A program made the translations under genes and the position numbers. This document shows positions 31,861-42,200 of a stretch of DNA of 64,000 nt, in pieces. The stretch's first letter is position 1, and each line of letters opens with the position of its first letter. The notes beneath the pieces were generated by a model. It searched no databases, had not been told where the DNA came from, and was given only the letters and a program-made list of their open reading frames with translations. Source of the DNA: Parasphingorhabdus sp. (GTDB lineage: Bacteria; Pseudomonadota; Alphaproteobacteria; Sphingomonadales; Sphingomonadaceae); the NCBI RefSeq assembly GCF_037621005.1, contig NZ_JASJLB010000001.1; one strand, written 5' to 3'.

Positions 31861-33042
31861 ATGTTCTTTAACTTCATGGACGAACTCAGGGCCGCTGGTA
31901 TTACAGCGTCACTCAAGGAACATTTGGTTCTGCTCGAGGCGCTCCAAAAGGAGGTTATCCGGCGGAGTCCGGAGGAATTTTATTATCTCTCCCGCGCCAC
32001 TTTTGTGAAAGATGAAGGCCTTCTGGATCGATTTGATCAGGTTTTTTCAAAAGTCTTTAAAGGCATAGAAACCTCCTACGGGACGCAGGAAGAAGAAATT
32101 CCTCTCGACTGGCTGAAAGCGGTCGCGGAGAAATATCTGTCCAAAGAGGAAATGGAGAAAATCAATTCTCTCGGTACTTGGGATGAGATTATGGAGACGC
32201 TGAAAGAGCGTCTCGAAGAACAGCAAAAACGGCATGAAGGTGGCAGCAAATGGATCGGCACCGGCGGCACCTCGCCTTACGGCAATTCCGGCTATAATCC
32301 CGAAGGAGTCCGGATTGGCGGTGAAGGCGGTCAGAAAAAGGCGGTCAAGGTCTGGGACAAGCGCGAGTTTCAAAATCTCGACAACAGCAAGATGCTGGGA
32401 ACGCGCAATATCAAGGTTGCGCTCCGGCGCCTGCGCAAATTTGCTCGCGAAGGCGCAGCCGATGAGCTGGATATTGACCGGACGATCAATGGCACAGCAA
32501 AAAAGGGCTGGCTTGATATCCACATGCGGGCCGAACGGCACAATGCGGTAAAATTGCTACTGTTTCTGGATGTTGGCGGCTCGATGGATCCGTTCATCAA
32601 ACTCTGCGAAGAACTGTTCAGCGCGGCAACCACCGAGTTCAAGAATCTCGAATTTTTCTATTTCCACAACTGCCCATACGAAGGCCTGTGGAAGGATAAT
32701 CGTCGCCGCTTTTCCGAGCGCACCAATACCTGGGATGTACTCCACAAATATGGCCATGACTATAAGCTGATCTTCGTCGGGGACGCGTCAATGAGTCCCT
32801 ATGAAATCACTCATCCGGGCGGTTCGGTCGAACATTTCAATGAGGAAGCCGGGGTGACGTGGATGCACCGGCTGACCAACACCTATCCCGCTGCGGCCTG
32901 GCTCAATCCGGTACCGGAAAAACAATGGGGCTATTCACAAAGCGTCAAAATCATGCGCGAACTGATGAATGACCGGATGTACCCGCTGACGGTCGACGGC
33001 CTGAGTGATGCGATGAAGCAATTGACCCGCAAACAGGGCTAG
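31861..33042 (+). CDS. VWA domain-containing protein (CoxE-like partner of MoxR)
   Basis: 393 aa. The N-terminus MFFNFMDELRAAGITASLKEHLVLLEAL is typical of this family as I recall it. MIDAS-like LFLDVGGSMDP in the C-terminal half. Confidence 0.8.
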   Translation: MFFNFMDELRAAGITASLKEHLVLLEALQKEVIRRSPEEFYYLSRATFVKDEGLLDRFDQVFSKVFKGIETSYGTQEEEIPLDWLKAVAEKYLSKEEMEKINSLGTWDEIMETLKERLEEQQKRHEGGSKWIGTGGTSPYGNSGYNPEGVRIGGEGGQKKAVKVWDKREFQNLDNSKMLGTRNIKVALRRLRKFAREGAADELDIDRTINGTAKKGWLDIHMRAERHNAVKLLLFLDVGGSMDPFIKLCEELFSAATTEFKNLEFFYFHNCPYEGLWKDNRRRFSERTNTWDVLHKYGHDYKLIFVGDASMSPYEITHPGGSVEHFNEEAGVTWMHRLTNTYPAAAWLNPVPEKQWGYSQSVKIMRELMNDRMYPLTVDGLSDAMKQLTRKQG

Positions 33043-33045
33043 GCC

Positions 33046-33348
33046 TCAGCCTTCGACCGCCAACAAGGTTGTGCCTTCATATTTATCGGCTGCCGGTTCG
33101 AAGATTTCGCACATTTCGAAATGCAGGTCTTCCACACGAACGTCTTTCAGGCCGGAAAGCTTGAACGTTCCGATCTTGATTTGCTTCGGCGGTTGACCGT
33201 CTTTTTCAAGTGGCACGGCATCGACATACATCTCATCATGTCGGGTATAGAGAATATGCGGCGCCAGCTTGAAAATCGTATTGTTATAGGTTGCGGCCAC
33301 ACATTTTTTTAGTGCGACGCCTTCAAAAATTTCTTTGCTCGGTAACAT
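33046..33348 (-). CDS. Hypothetical small protein (possible stand-alone WYL-like beta-barrel)
   Basis: 100 aa, visibly lower GC than its neighbours. The pattern CVAATYNNTIFKLAPHILY...EMYVDAV...GTFKLSGLKDVRVEDLHFE loosely follows the WYL-domain layout. Weak call. Confidence 0.5.
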   Translation of the reverse strand: MLPSKEIFEGVALKKCVAATYNNTIFKLAPHILYTRHDEMYVDAVPLEKDGQPPKQIKIGTFKLSGLKDVRVEDLHFEMCEIFEPAADKYEGTTLLAVEG

Positions 33349-33405
33349 GTATACAAATTATCAGATTTGACACCAATTGCAATAAGTATGTTGCAGTGCA
33401 GCATA

Positions 33406-34605
33406 TCAATAGAGGAGATGGTCTCTCAGCATCTGGCCCCACGCCTGCTCGCCTGCCGCTGCTATCGCCTCCAGATCATTCGCGTTCGAAGATGAATTCT
33501 CAATCCACTCCCGCAAGACCGGTCCACCGTTGATCACATCGAAAGCCAATCTGCCCTCTTCATATTCATAGGGAAAATCCCGCCACAGTTCATATTCGGG
33601 ATAGAGTGTTCCGATGGCTTTCAGTCCCAGGGCCTGAAGCCGCCAGGGCCGAAAAGATGCGTGATCATAAGATGGACCCTCAGCATGAATCTGCAAACCG
33701 TTGCACAATTGGCCCTGATGTTTGTGAAAAGTTGGTTCGAACCAGATTTCTCTCAGCACGCAGCCGTTCAGCCATTGCGGCGCCGTTCGCTGCATTTCCG
33801 CAATGACCGCTCGCGCATCAATATCCGGCGCACCAAATAGCTCCAAGGGTCGGGTGGTCCCGCGCCCTTCGGAAAGCGTGGTCCCTTCCAAAATCACAGT
33901 TCCTGCATAGGCACGCGCCATATTGATATTGGGTGCGTTAGGACTGGGATTTATCCAGATGCGATCTTCCGGCCAACCAAAACCGGGGCCTTCCGGCTGC
34001 CATCCCTGCATCGGGATGACCTTGTAATCTACATTCAGGTCAAAATGGCTGATCAGCCAACGCCCCATTTCCCCCATGGTCAGCCCATGCCTCATCGGCA
34101 TCGGAGCCGCGCCAACGAAACTTTCCCATCCTTCTTCGAGGAGCGTACCCTCGATCGGCCTGCCCGCTGGATTGGGTCGGTCCAGCACCCAGACCGACTT
34201 GCCATGCTCAGCAGCGGCTTCCAGCATATATCGCAATGTCGTGATGAATGTGTAGATTCGGCAACCCAGATCCTGAAGATCTATCAAGATGACGTCGAAT
34301 GTTTCCATCGATTGAGCCGTCGGCCGTCGGACTTCGCCATAGAGGCTGAAAACCGGAATATTGTGAACCGGGTCAAGATAGTCCGCAGTTTCGATCATAT
34401 TGTCCTGCTTGTCGCCGCGCAGACCATGTTGGGGACCAAATGCAGCGGTCAGGTTGATGTCATCAAGGGCTGACAACGCATCCAGACTGTGCACAAGATC
34501 GCGCGTCACCGAAGCTGGGTGCGCAAGCAACGCGACCCGTTTTCCCGCCAATGGCCTGCGCAGATCCGCATCTTCCATGAGCCTATCTATTCCAAATTTC
34601 ATCAA
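33406..34605 (-). CDS. DUF1343 family protein (NamZ-like exo-beta-N-acetylmuramidase)
   Basis: 399 aa. MMKFGIDRL...LAGKRVALLAHPASV... and overall similarity to DUF1343 as I recall it. The start is TTG 34605 or ATG 34602. Either one overlaps the stop of the upstream gene. Confidence 0.8.
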   Translation of the reverse strand: MMKFGIDRLMEDADLRRPLAGKRVALLAHPASVTRDLVHSLDALSALDDINLTAAFGPQHGLRGDKQDNMIETADYLDPVHNIPVFSLYGEVRRPTAQSMETFDVILIDLQDLGCRIYTFITTLRYMLEAAAEHGKSVWVLDRPNPAGRPIEGTLLEEGWESFVGAAPMPMRHGLTMGEMGRWLISHFDLNVDYKVIPMQGWQPEGPGFGWPEDRIWINPSPNAPNINMARAYAGTVILEGTTLSEGRGTTRPLELFGAPDIDARAVIAEMQRTAPQWLNGCVLREIWFEPTFHKHQGQLCNGLQIHAEGPSYDHASFRPWRLQALGLKAIGTLYPEYELWRDFPYEYEEGRLAFDVINGGPVLREWIENSSSNANDLEAIAAAGEQAWGQMLRDHLLY

Positions 34606-35147
34606 CGTCCTGCTGCCTCCATTTTAAACACAAAACAATCTCGATGGTGGAAATCGGGGCTATCTGCGGGATGCCGTAAAGCCCAGAGAGATTTCTTTCC
34701 ATTTCGCATTTCGATGACCGCAGACAGGCCCGCATCAAGTTCGTCGTGCATCCAGATATCCGGTAATCTAATGGTCACTTCAATAGCCATATGTGTGTCA
34801 CTGAAATCCATAAATATTTCAGGTGAATGAGCCAGTGCAACCTGATCCATTCCGTCGCGATAGCTATGGAAGCTATACGCCGCCCAGTTACCCGATGGAG
34901 AAAAGTTAAATTCGCAGTAGCGCTGTTTTCCTTTTTCGCTGAGAAATAATTCGAAGCAAGTATTTTGCCACAAATTATCCATGCGCTGGGACTGGCCCAG
35001 ATTGTCTGGCAGTTTGACTTCTTCAACATTCCCAACTGCATGATATCTCAGCCATATGGTTCCAGCTTTGGTCATCGACCATTCGACCGTGATTTGCTCG
35101 ATGGCAGATACCGGAGTTAATGGATGGCATTGCAAGTTCAAACGCAT
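34602..35147 (-). CDS. Hypothetical protein, DOMON/CBM9-like
   Basis: I prefer ATG 35147 ([10 protein letters not shown]...), giving 181 aa. The track start 35264 would run into the divergent tyrS. NTCFELFL...[15 protein letters not shown] resembles the CBM9/DOMON-like signature. Confidence 0.5.
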   Translation of the reverse strand: MRLNLQCHPLTPVSAIEQITVEWSMTKAGTIWLRYHAVGNVEEVKLPDNLGQSQRMDNLWQNTCFELFLSEKGKQRYCEFNFSPSGNWAAYSFHSYRDGMDQVALAHSPEIFMDFSDTHMAIEVTIRLPDIWMHDELDAGLSAVIEMRNGKKSLWALRHPADSPDFHHRDCFVFKMEAAGR

Positions 35148-35185
35148 ATTGCGACTTTCGTTGTCCCCATGTAACGGACCAATCC

Positions 35186-36415
35186 ATGACCAATTATCAA
35201 TCTGATCTCCTGCGTCTACTGAATGATCGCGGCTATATCCACCAGTTAACCGATGCTGACACATTGGATTCTCTTGCCACGAAAAGCATTATTCCCGGCT
35301 ATATCGGATTTGATGCTACCGCCGATTCGCTCCACGTCGGCAATCTCGTGTCGATCATGTTGCTTCGCCGTCTGCAGCAGGCCGGACATAAGCCGATCGT
35401 TGTGATGGGCGGCGGCACGACCAAGGTTGGCGACCCTTCCGGCAAGGATGAAGTCCGTAAATTGCTCGATGATGAGCGGATCGAGGCCAATATTGCATCC
35501 ATTCGAACCTGTTTTGAACGCTTTCTAACCTTTGGCGACGGCCCAACCGATGCCATACTTGTCAACAATGCCGAGTGGCTGGACAAGCTGGAATACATAC
35601 CCTTTTTGCGGGAGGTCGGGCAGCATTTCACGATCAACCGAATGCTGACCTTTGACTCGGTCAAGCTGAGGCTGGAACGAGAACAACCGCTGACCTTTCT
35701 TGAATTCAACTATATGATTCTTCAAGCTTATGACTTTCTGGAATTGTCGCGCCAATATGGTTGCGCATTGCAGCTAGGTGGTTCTGATCAATGGGGTAAT
35801 ATCGTCAATGGCATCGAACTCGGCCGGCGTATCGACGGCGCAGAGCTGTTCGGCATAACGACACCGCTGATCACGAAATCCGATGGCGCAAAAATGGGCA
35901 AATCGGTCGATGGCGCCATCTGGTTGAACGCCGATCGACTAAGCCCATATGATTATTGGCAGTTTTGGCGAAACACCGATGACCGGGATGTTGGCAAATT
36001 CATGTGCTTGTTCACCGATCTGGATTTGAATGAAATTACTCGTCTGGAATCGATGCAGGGATCTGAGATCAACGAGGCCAAAAAGATTCTAGCGAATGCT
36101 GCGACGCGCTTAGCCCATGGCGAGAAAGCGGCAAAAGAGGCTGCGGATACCGCCCAGAAAACTTTTGAGCAAGGCGGTGCCGGGGGTGAATTGCCGGTCT
36201 ATTTGGTTGGCTCGGAAGATATATCCATAATCGACGCCTTGGTTGGCATCGGTTTTTGTGCATCCAATGGGGAAGCAAAACGACTTGTCGCCGGCGGTGG
36301 CGCCCGTGTGGATGATGAACCCATAAAGGCCCCAGGGCATATGATTCCCATTACCGATTTGGATGTAAAAATTTCGGCAGGAAAAAAGAAGCACGGCTTG
36401 CTCCGCAAATCCTGA
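35186..36415 (+). CDS. tyrS: Tyrosine--tRNA ligase
   Basis: Starts at ATG 35186 ([20 protein letters not shown]). Class-I motifs SLHVGNL (HIGH-like) and KMGKS (KMSKS-like), plus a C-terminal S4-like domain. Confidence 0.96.
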   Translation: MTNYQSDLLRLLNDRGYIHQLTDADTLDSLATKSIIPGYIGFDATADSLHVGNLVSIMLLRRLQQAGHKPIVVMGGGTTKVGDPSGKDEVRKLLDDERIEANIASIRTCFERFLTFGDGPTDAILVNNAEWLDKLEYIPFLREVGQHFTINRMLTFDSVKLRLEREQPLTFLEFNYMILQAYDFLELSRQYGCALQLGGSDQWGNIVNGIELGRRIDGAELFGITTPLITKSDGAKMGKSVDGAIWLNADRLSPYDYWQFWRNTDDRDVGKFMCLFTDLDLNEITRLESMQGSEINEAKKILANAATRLAHGEKAAKEAADTAQKTFEQGGAGGELPVYLVGSEDISIIDALVGIGFCASNGEAKRLVAGGGARVDDEPIKAPGHMIPITDLDVKISAGKKKHGLLRKS

Positions 36416-36509
36416 AACCTTCTTGAGGCCTGTCGTTTACCAACATTTACTTTTTATTCTTGATCATTGGCTATTGTCGCGATGAACCATTTTACGGAGT
36501 TCGTGGGAC

Positions 36510-36827
36510 ATGAGGAGTGCATCGCCTGAGACATCGCCAGATTTGCGACGTGCGACGCGTTTTCCGGTCGATTTTGAAACCATTTGCGAATTTCATCCTC
36601 ATCAGGAAATCCGGGTACGCATTTCCAATATTTCCGCAAATGGCATGATGCTGGCCGATCCGATCGACATGGTAAAGGGCGATCGGTTGGTTGTTCGCTT
36701 GCCAATTGTCGGGCGCATCGAAGCCTATCTTGTATGGTCCCATCAGGAACGCCAAGGCTTCAAATTCGAGCGTGTGATTCGAGAGCCAGATTTCGTGGCA
36801 ATGCTGTACAAGATCAATAGTCTCTAA
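36510..36827 (+). CDS. PilZ domain-containing protein
   Basis: 105 aa. RRATRFPV...(RxxxR-type) and ISNISANGMML (D/NxSxxG) c-di-GMP-binding motifs. Confidence 0.75.
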   Translation: MRSASPETSPDLRRATRFPVDFETICEFHPHQEIRVRISNISANGMMLADPIDMVKGDRLVVRLPIVGRIEAYLVWSHQERQGFKFERVIREPDFVAMLYKINSL

Positions 36828-36830
36828 ACG

Positions 36831-38888
36831 CTATCCGCTCCGCAACAGACTAACACCCCAATCACGCTCGAACAGGTAAAGCGCTATCCTCGCTGCCTGC
36901 CCTCTTTCGCTCGCCAACCCACCATCCCGGTCGAGCAACAATCGGGCATCATCGGTGGCCGCCCCGATAAGCTCGTTAACCTGCGCTGGCGTGGCGACAC
37001 GAAAGCCCGCGTCGCCAGATTGCCGCGTACCCAATAATTCGCCTGCCCCGCGCAAACGAAGGTCTTCTTCCGCAATCCGGAAACCATCATTTGTCTCGCG
37101 CATTAGTGTGAGTCGGGCGCGAGCCGTTTCACTTAACGTTTCGCCGCGAATCAACAAGCAGTTGGATTTGACACTCCCCCGGCCTACTCGCCCCCGGAGC
37201 TGATGCAATTGGGCCAGACCGAAACGATCCGCAGCTTCAATGATCATCAGGCTGGCGTTTGGTACATCCACACCGACTTCTATAACCGTGGTGGCGACAA
37301 GGACCTTGATTTCGTCGCGCTGAAAACGACTCATAACGAGGTCTTTTTCAGGCCCCTTCATCCGACCATGCACCAAACCCACCTGGTCACCAAATCGAGC
37401 TTTCAGGCGGGCAGCCCGGTCTTCCGCCGCCGCGAGATCGCTTTTTTCGCTTTCTTCGATCAAGGGACAAACCCAGTAAGCTTGGCCGCCTGCAGCTATA
37501 TGCCGGGCCAGGCCATCAACCACGTCCGGCAAACGTCCATCAGAAATCACGCTGGTATTGATGGCTTGCCGCCCCGGAGGGAGCTCATCAATACGCGAGA
37601 CATCCATTTCACCATATTGACTGAGCGTCAGTGTTCGCGGAATGGGTGTAGCGGTCATGGCCAGCAAATGCGGCGTCCGTTCGGCCTTTTGGGTGAGCAG
37701 GAGACGTTGGGAAACTCCGAATTTATGCTGCTCGTCAATGATCGCAAGGGCGAGGTTCTTATATTGGACGTGCTCCTGAAAAATCGCGTGGGTTCCGATC
37801 AATATATTGATTGACCCATCCATCAGCCCCATTAGGGTCGCTTCTCGCACCTTGCCTTTGTCGCGCCCGGTCAATATCGCAAGACTAACAGGAAGGCCCG
37901 TCAGCAATTTCTGCAGACTTTCAAAATGCTGACGCGCCAAAATTTCGGTCGGCGCTAGAAAGGCACCCTGATATCCTGCTTCAACCGCCGATAGCAAAGC
38001 CATCAAAGCTACCAGAGTCTTCCCCGAGCCGACATCACCCTGAAGCAACCGCAGCATCGGAGCGCTTTGTGCGAGATCGCCTTCTATCTCGGCAATACAG
38101 CGCTTCTGGGCATTGGTTAGTTCAAACGGCAACTCCATCTGGTCGCGAAGCCTGCCGTCACCTCGAATGGAAATCCCCTTCTTGCTTCGGTTGCTGGCGC
38201 GCACCAGCATGAAGGCCAACTGATTGGCAAAAACCTCATCATAGGCGAGCCTGTCGCTGGCATCCTCACTTTCGGTGCAGTGGAGCGCCAGAATACTGTC
38301 CTTCCAGCTTTTCCAGCTTTTCGCAGCAAGTTGGCTTGGCTCGACCCATTCCGACAGTGATGGAGCAAGCTCCAATGCTTGCTCGATCAATTGCCGCATG
38401 CGCAAATTGCTAAGCCCGTCGGCCAAAGGATAAATGGGTTCAAATAGCGCGATAGCCTCGGCCTTCCCCGGTTCGAGCACCTGATCGGGGTGGACGATCT
38501 GGAGTTCGTCACCGTAACGCTCGAGTTTGCCGGAAATAATTTTTGGCTCCCCGAGAGGCAGTAATTTCTTGGGCCAGCCCGGATTGCGCCCGAAAAAGGT
38601 CAGGCTGATATAATTTCCCGCCTTGTCCGTTGCATTAACCCGCAGGGGACTGCGCGGTCCGCCGGTGCGATAGTCAACCGGAGTCACCTCAACGATAATC
38701 GTCTCGCCAACATTGATTTCATCCAGCTCATCGACGCGTTTTCGGTGCATCCAATAACTGGGTTGATGATACAGCAAATCCTTGACCCGAGTCAGCCGCA
38801 GCTTTTCTAGTGGCTTGGCCAGCACCTTGCCGACGCCCTTGAGCGACTGGGTTTCGCCAAATAATGGATTGAGTATCTCGGGCCGCAT
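36831..38888 (-). CDS. recG: ATP-dependent DNA helicase RecG
   Basis: 685 aa. Wedge domain, helicase motif I GDVGSGKT and motif II IIDEQHKFG. Confidence 0.96.
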   Translation of the reverse strand: MRPEILNPLFGETQSLKGVGKVLAKPLEKLRLTRVKDLLYHQPSYWMHRKRVDELDEINVGETIIVEVTPVDYRTGGPRSPLRVNATDKAGNYISLTFFGRNPGWPKKLLPLGEPKIISGKLERYGDELQIVHPDQVLEPGKAEAIALFEPIYPLADGLSNLRMRQLIEQALELAPSLSEWVEPSQLAAKSWKSWKDSILALHCTESEDASDRLAYDEVFANQLAFMLVRASNRSKKGISIRGDGRLRDQMELPFELTNAQKRCIAEIEGDLAQSAPMLRLLQGDVGSGKTLVALMALLSAVEAGYQGAFLAPTEILARQHFESLQKLLTGLPVSLAILTGRDKGKVREATLMGLMDGSINILIGTHAIFQEHVQYKNLALAIIDEQHKFGVSQRLLLTQKAERTPHLLAMTATPIPRTLTLSQYGEMDVSRIDELPPGRQAINTSVISDGRLPDVVDGLARHIAAGGQAYWVCPLIEESEKSDLAAAEDRAARLKARFGDQVGLVHGRMKGPEKDLVMSRFQRDEIKVLVATTVIEVGVDVPNASLMIIEAADRFGLAQLHQLRGRVGRGSVKSNCLLIRGETLSETARARLTLMRETNDGFRIAEEDLRLRGAGELLGTRQSGDAGFRVATPAQVNELIGAATDDARLLLDRDGGLASERGQAARIALYLFERDWGVSLLRSG

Positions 38889-38947
38889 GTCTATCCGCCT
38901 TTATACCCTAGCTGGCCCAATATGCCAGCCAAGTTGGAGCAGCAAAT

Positions 38948-39214
38948 ATGGATCGCGAAACAAGGCTGAAACGGCTGCAATTTCGCGCCTGGCATCGTGG
39001 TACCCGCGAAGCCGACTTTTTGATTGGCGGTTTTTTTGATCGCTATAGCCATGACTGGTCAGAAAAAGAGATGGACTGGTTCGAAAAGCTGCTCGTGGAA
39101 GATGATGTGGATGTCATGGCCTGGGCGATTGGAACATTGCCCGTTCCCCAAGAGTTTGGAGGTCCGCAAATGGACGCCATGCAGAAGCTCGACTATATCG
39201 ACGCAACAAATTAA
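38948..39214 (+). CDS. sdhE: Succinate dehydrogenase assembly factor 2 / FAD assembly factor SdhE
   Basis: 88 aa. RLKRLQFRAWHRGTREADFLIGGFFD contains the conserved RGxxE motif. Its position between recG and mfd is a common alphaproteobacterial arrangement. Confidence 0.88.
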   Translation: MDRETRLKRLQFRAWHRGTREADFLIGGFFDRYSHDWSEKEMDWFEKLLVEDDVDVMAWAIGTLPVPQEFGGPQMDAMQKLDYIDATN

Positions 39215-39246
39215 TATTCGTGTCCTTTATCCAGAAGCGATTGTAA

Positions 39247-42200
39247 GTGTTTCATCTAGATAGATTATTGTCATCCGAAAAAAGCATGGCGCTGGCTGGT
39301 GTGCCGGCTGGCTATCGCCCTCTTTTTCTGTCAGAAATTGCGGTCAAGTCAGGGCGGCACACGATGTTTATCGCCACCGATGACGCGGCGATGAGTGCGG
39401 TTGTGGAAGCCGCCCGTTTTTTTGAACCAGGTTTGGAGATTATTGAATTTCCCGCCTGGGACTGCCTGCCCTATGACCGTGCATCCCCCGCGCTGCACAC
39501 CACTTCGGACCGGCTTGCCGCGCTGGCCAAGCTGGCGCGCCCCTTCACAGGCTCGCAGCTGTTGGTCACGACTGTCAACGCGGTAACCCAACGGGTACTT
39601 GCGCCATCGCGAATCAAGGAATTTGTCACCCGCCTCGCGCCCGGCACGATTGTCGAACAGGAAAAACTGATCTCTTTTCTCTATGCCAACGGCTTTGTGC
39701 GGGTGGATACCGTGGCCGACAGCGGCGAATTTGCGGCCCGTGGTGGCTTGATCGATCTATTTCCACCTGGTGCCGAGCTACCAATCCGAATCGATCTTTT
39801 TGGCGACGAGGTAGAGACTTTGCGGCAGTTCGACCCTGCCGACCAGCGCACCGTTGGCAATATCGACAGTCTTGATTTACTTCCGGTATCGGAGTTTCTG
39901 TTGGATGCTGATAGCATAACCCGCTTCCGCACCCGCTATCGTGATCTATTTGGCGCCGTTTCGACGAGCGATGCCTTATATCAATCGATCTCGGAGGGCC
40001 GCAGACTGGCGGGAATGGAACATTGGCTGCCGCTGCTCGAAGAACGGCTTGCGACAATTTTCGATTATATCGAAGATGATTGCATAATTTTGCGGGATGC
40101 AGCCGGTTCAGCCGCAGCAGATGCGCAATTTGTGGCCATTGCGGACTATCACAAGAACCGGGTTGAAGCCGACAAGGCCAATTTGTCAAGCTACCGCCCG
40201 CTGCCACCTGAGATGCTTTATCTGACGCGGGAGGAATGGCGGTCGCAAGAGAATGATGCGCCAATCCATGTTCTGAGCGAGTTTGACGAACCAGAATCTG
40301 AAACTGTCATGTCGATGTCGGTGTCGTCGCCCCGCGATTTTTCTCCGGAGCGGGCGCGCAACGAGAATATTTATCAGGCATTGGGTACCCATCTCAACAG
40401 TCTGGCAAAGTCGGGAACCACTGCCATTGTCGCGAGCTATAGCAAGGGGTCGCGCGCGCGCATCTTTGATCTGCTAAAAGACCATGACGTCAAGACGGCA
40501 GTGCTCTGTGATGACTGGAACTCCTGCCTCTTAGCCAGCACCGGGGTCGCCCTGACAATATTGCCGCTGGCGTCGGGTTTTCGGACAGACAGCCTGTCTT
40601 TACTCACCGAACAGGATATTTTTGGAGACCGACTGGTCCGCAAATCCAAGCGCCGCAAGAGCAGCGATGCCTTTATCGAAGAGCTGTCAGCGCTGAGTCC
40701 GGGCGATCTGGTTGTGCATCTTGAGCATGGCGTCGGCCTGTATGAAGGCATCGTGTCCATTCCGGTTGGCACCAGCCCGCATGATTGTGTCCATCTCAAA
40801 TATGCCGGTGGCGACAAGCTTTATGTTCCGGTCGAGAATATTGATGTTCTCAGCCGCTATGGCGAAGGCGGCGAGAGTGTTGTGCTCGACCGTCTCGGCG
40901 GAGAAGGCTGGCAACGGCGCAAATCAAAACTGAAAGAACGCATCCGGGCCATTGCCCATGAGTTGCTGAGAACCGCCGCCGCACGCGCTTTGCAGCCCGC
41001 GACGCCTGCCCGCGTTGAAGCCACCGAAATGGCCGGTTTCTTGGATCGTTTCCCCTATCAGGAAACCGATGATCAACAACAGGCGATCGAGGAAGTGCTC
41101 GCCGACATGGCATCGGGCAAGGCGATGGACCGTCTAGTCTGTGGTGATGTCGGCTTTGGCAAGACCGAGGTCGCGATGCGCGCCGCTTTTGCAGCAGCAA
41201 TGGCCGGGATGCAGGTTGCCATAATCGCACCCACGACCCTGCTTGCCCGTCAGCATTTCAACAATTTCGAAGAGCGTTTTCGACCCTTCCCGATAAAAAT
41301 CAGGCGGCTATCACGTCTGGTTCCCGCCGCAGAGGCCAAAAAAACTAAGGAAGGTCTGACTAGCGGCGAAGTCGACATTGTCATAGGCACTCATGCCTTG
41401 CTCGCCAAATCCATCGAGTTTCAGCGGCTCGGCCTGATCATTATCGATGAAGAGCAACGTTTCGGAGTGACCCACAAGGAACGCCTCAAGGCAATGAAGG
41501 CCGATGTCCATGTATTGACTCTCACCGCCACGCCTATCCCCCGTACATTGCAGATGGCAATGACCGGCATGCGCGAACTATCCGTTATCCAGACTCCTCC
41601 CGTCGACCGGCTGGCCGTGCGTACCTACGTCATGCCGTGGGACCCCATCCCGCTCCGCGAGGCGCTGCTGCGTGAACATTATCGCGGAGGCCAGTCATTC
41701 ATTGTCGTCCCCAGAATCGCCGATCTCCCCTACATCGAAGATTTTCTCAAGAAACATGCGCCCGAATTGACCTATGTCGTGGCGCATGGACAAATGGCCC
41801 CAGCGACCGTGGAAGAACGGATGTCCGCCTTTTATGACCGCAAATATGATGTTCTGCTCTCGACCACGATTGTCGAAAGCGGCCTAGACATTCCCAGCGC
41901 CAACACACTGATCATTCACCGCGCCGATCGGTTTGGCCTTGCCCAGCTCTATCAACTCAGAGGCCGTGTCGGGCGTTCCAAAACGCGAGCTTATGCCTAT
42001 ATGGTCACACCAAAAGACCGGATTATCACCGAAAAGGCAGAGAAAAGGCTAAAAATTCTGGGCGATCTTGATAGCTTGGGTGCCGGTTTTGAACTCGCCA
42101 GCCATGATCTCGATATTCGCGGAGCCGGCAACCTGCTGGGGGACGAACAATCGGGGCATATTAAAGAAGTGGGCTTCGAACTATACCAATCTATGCTGGA

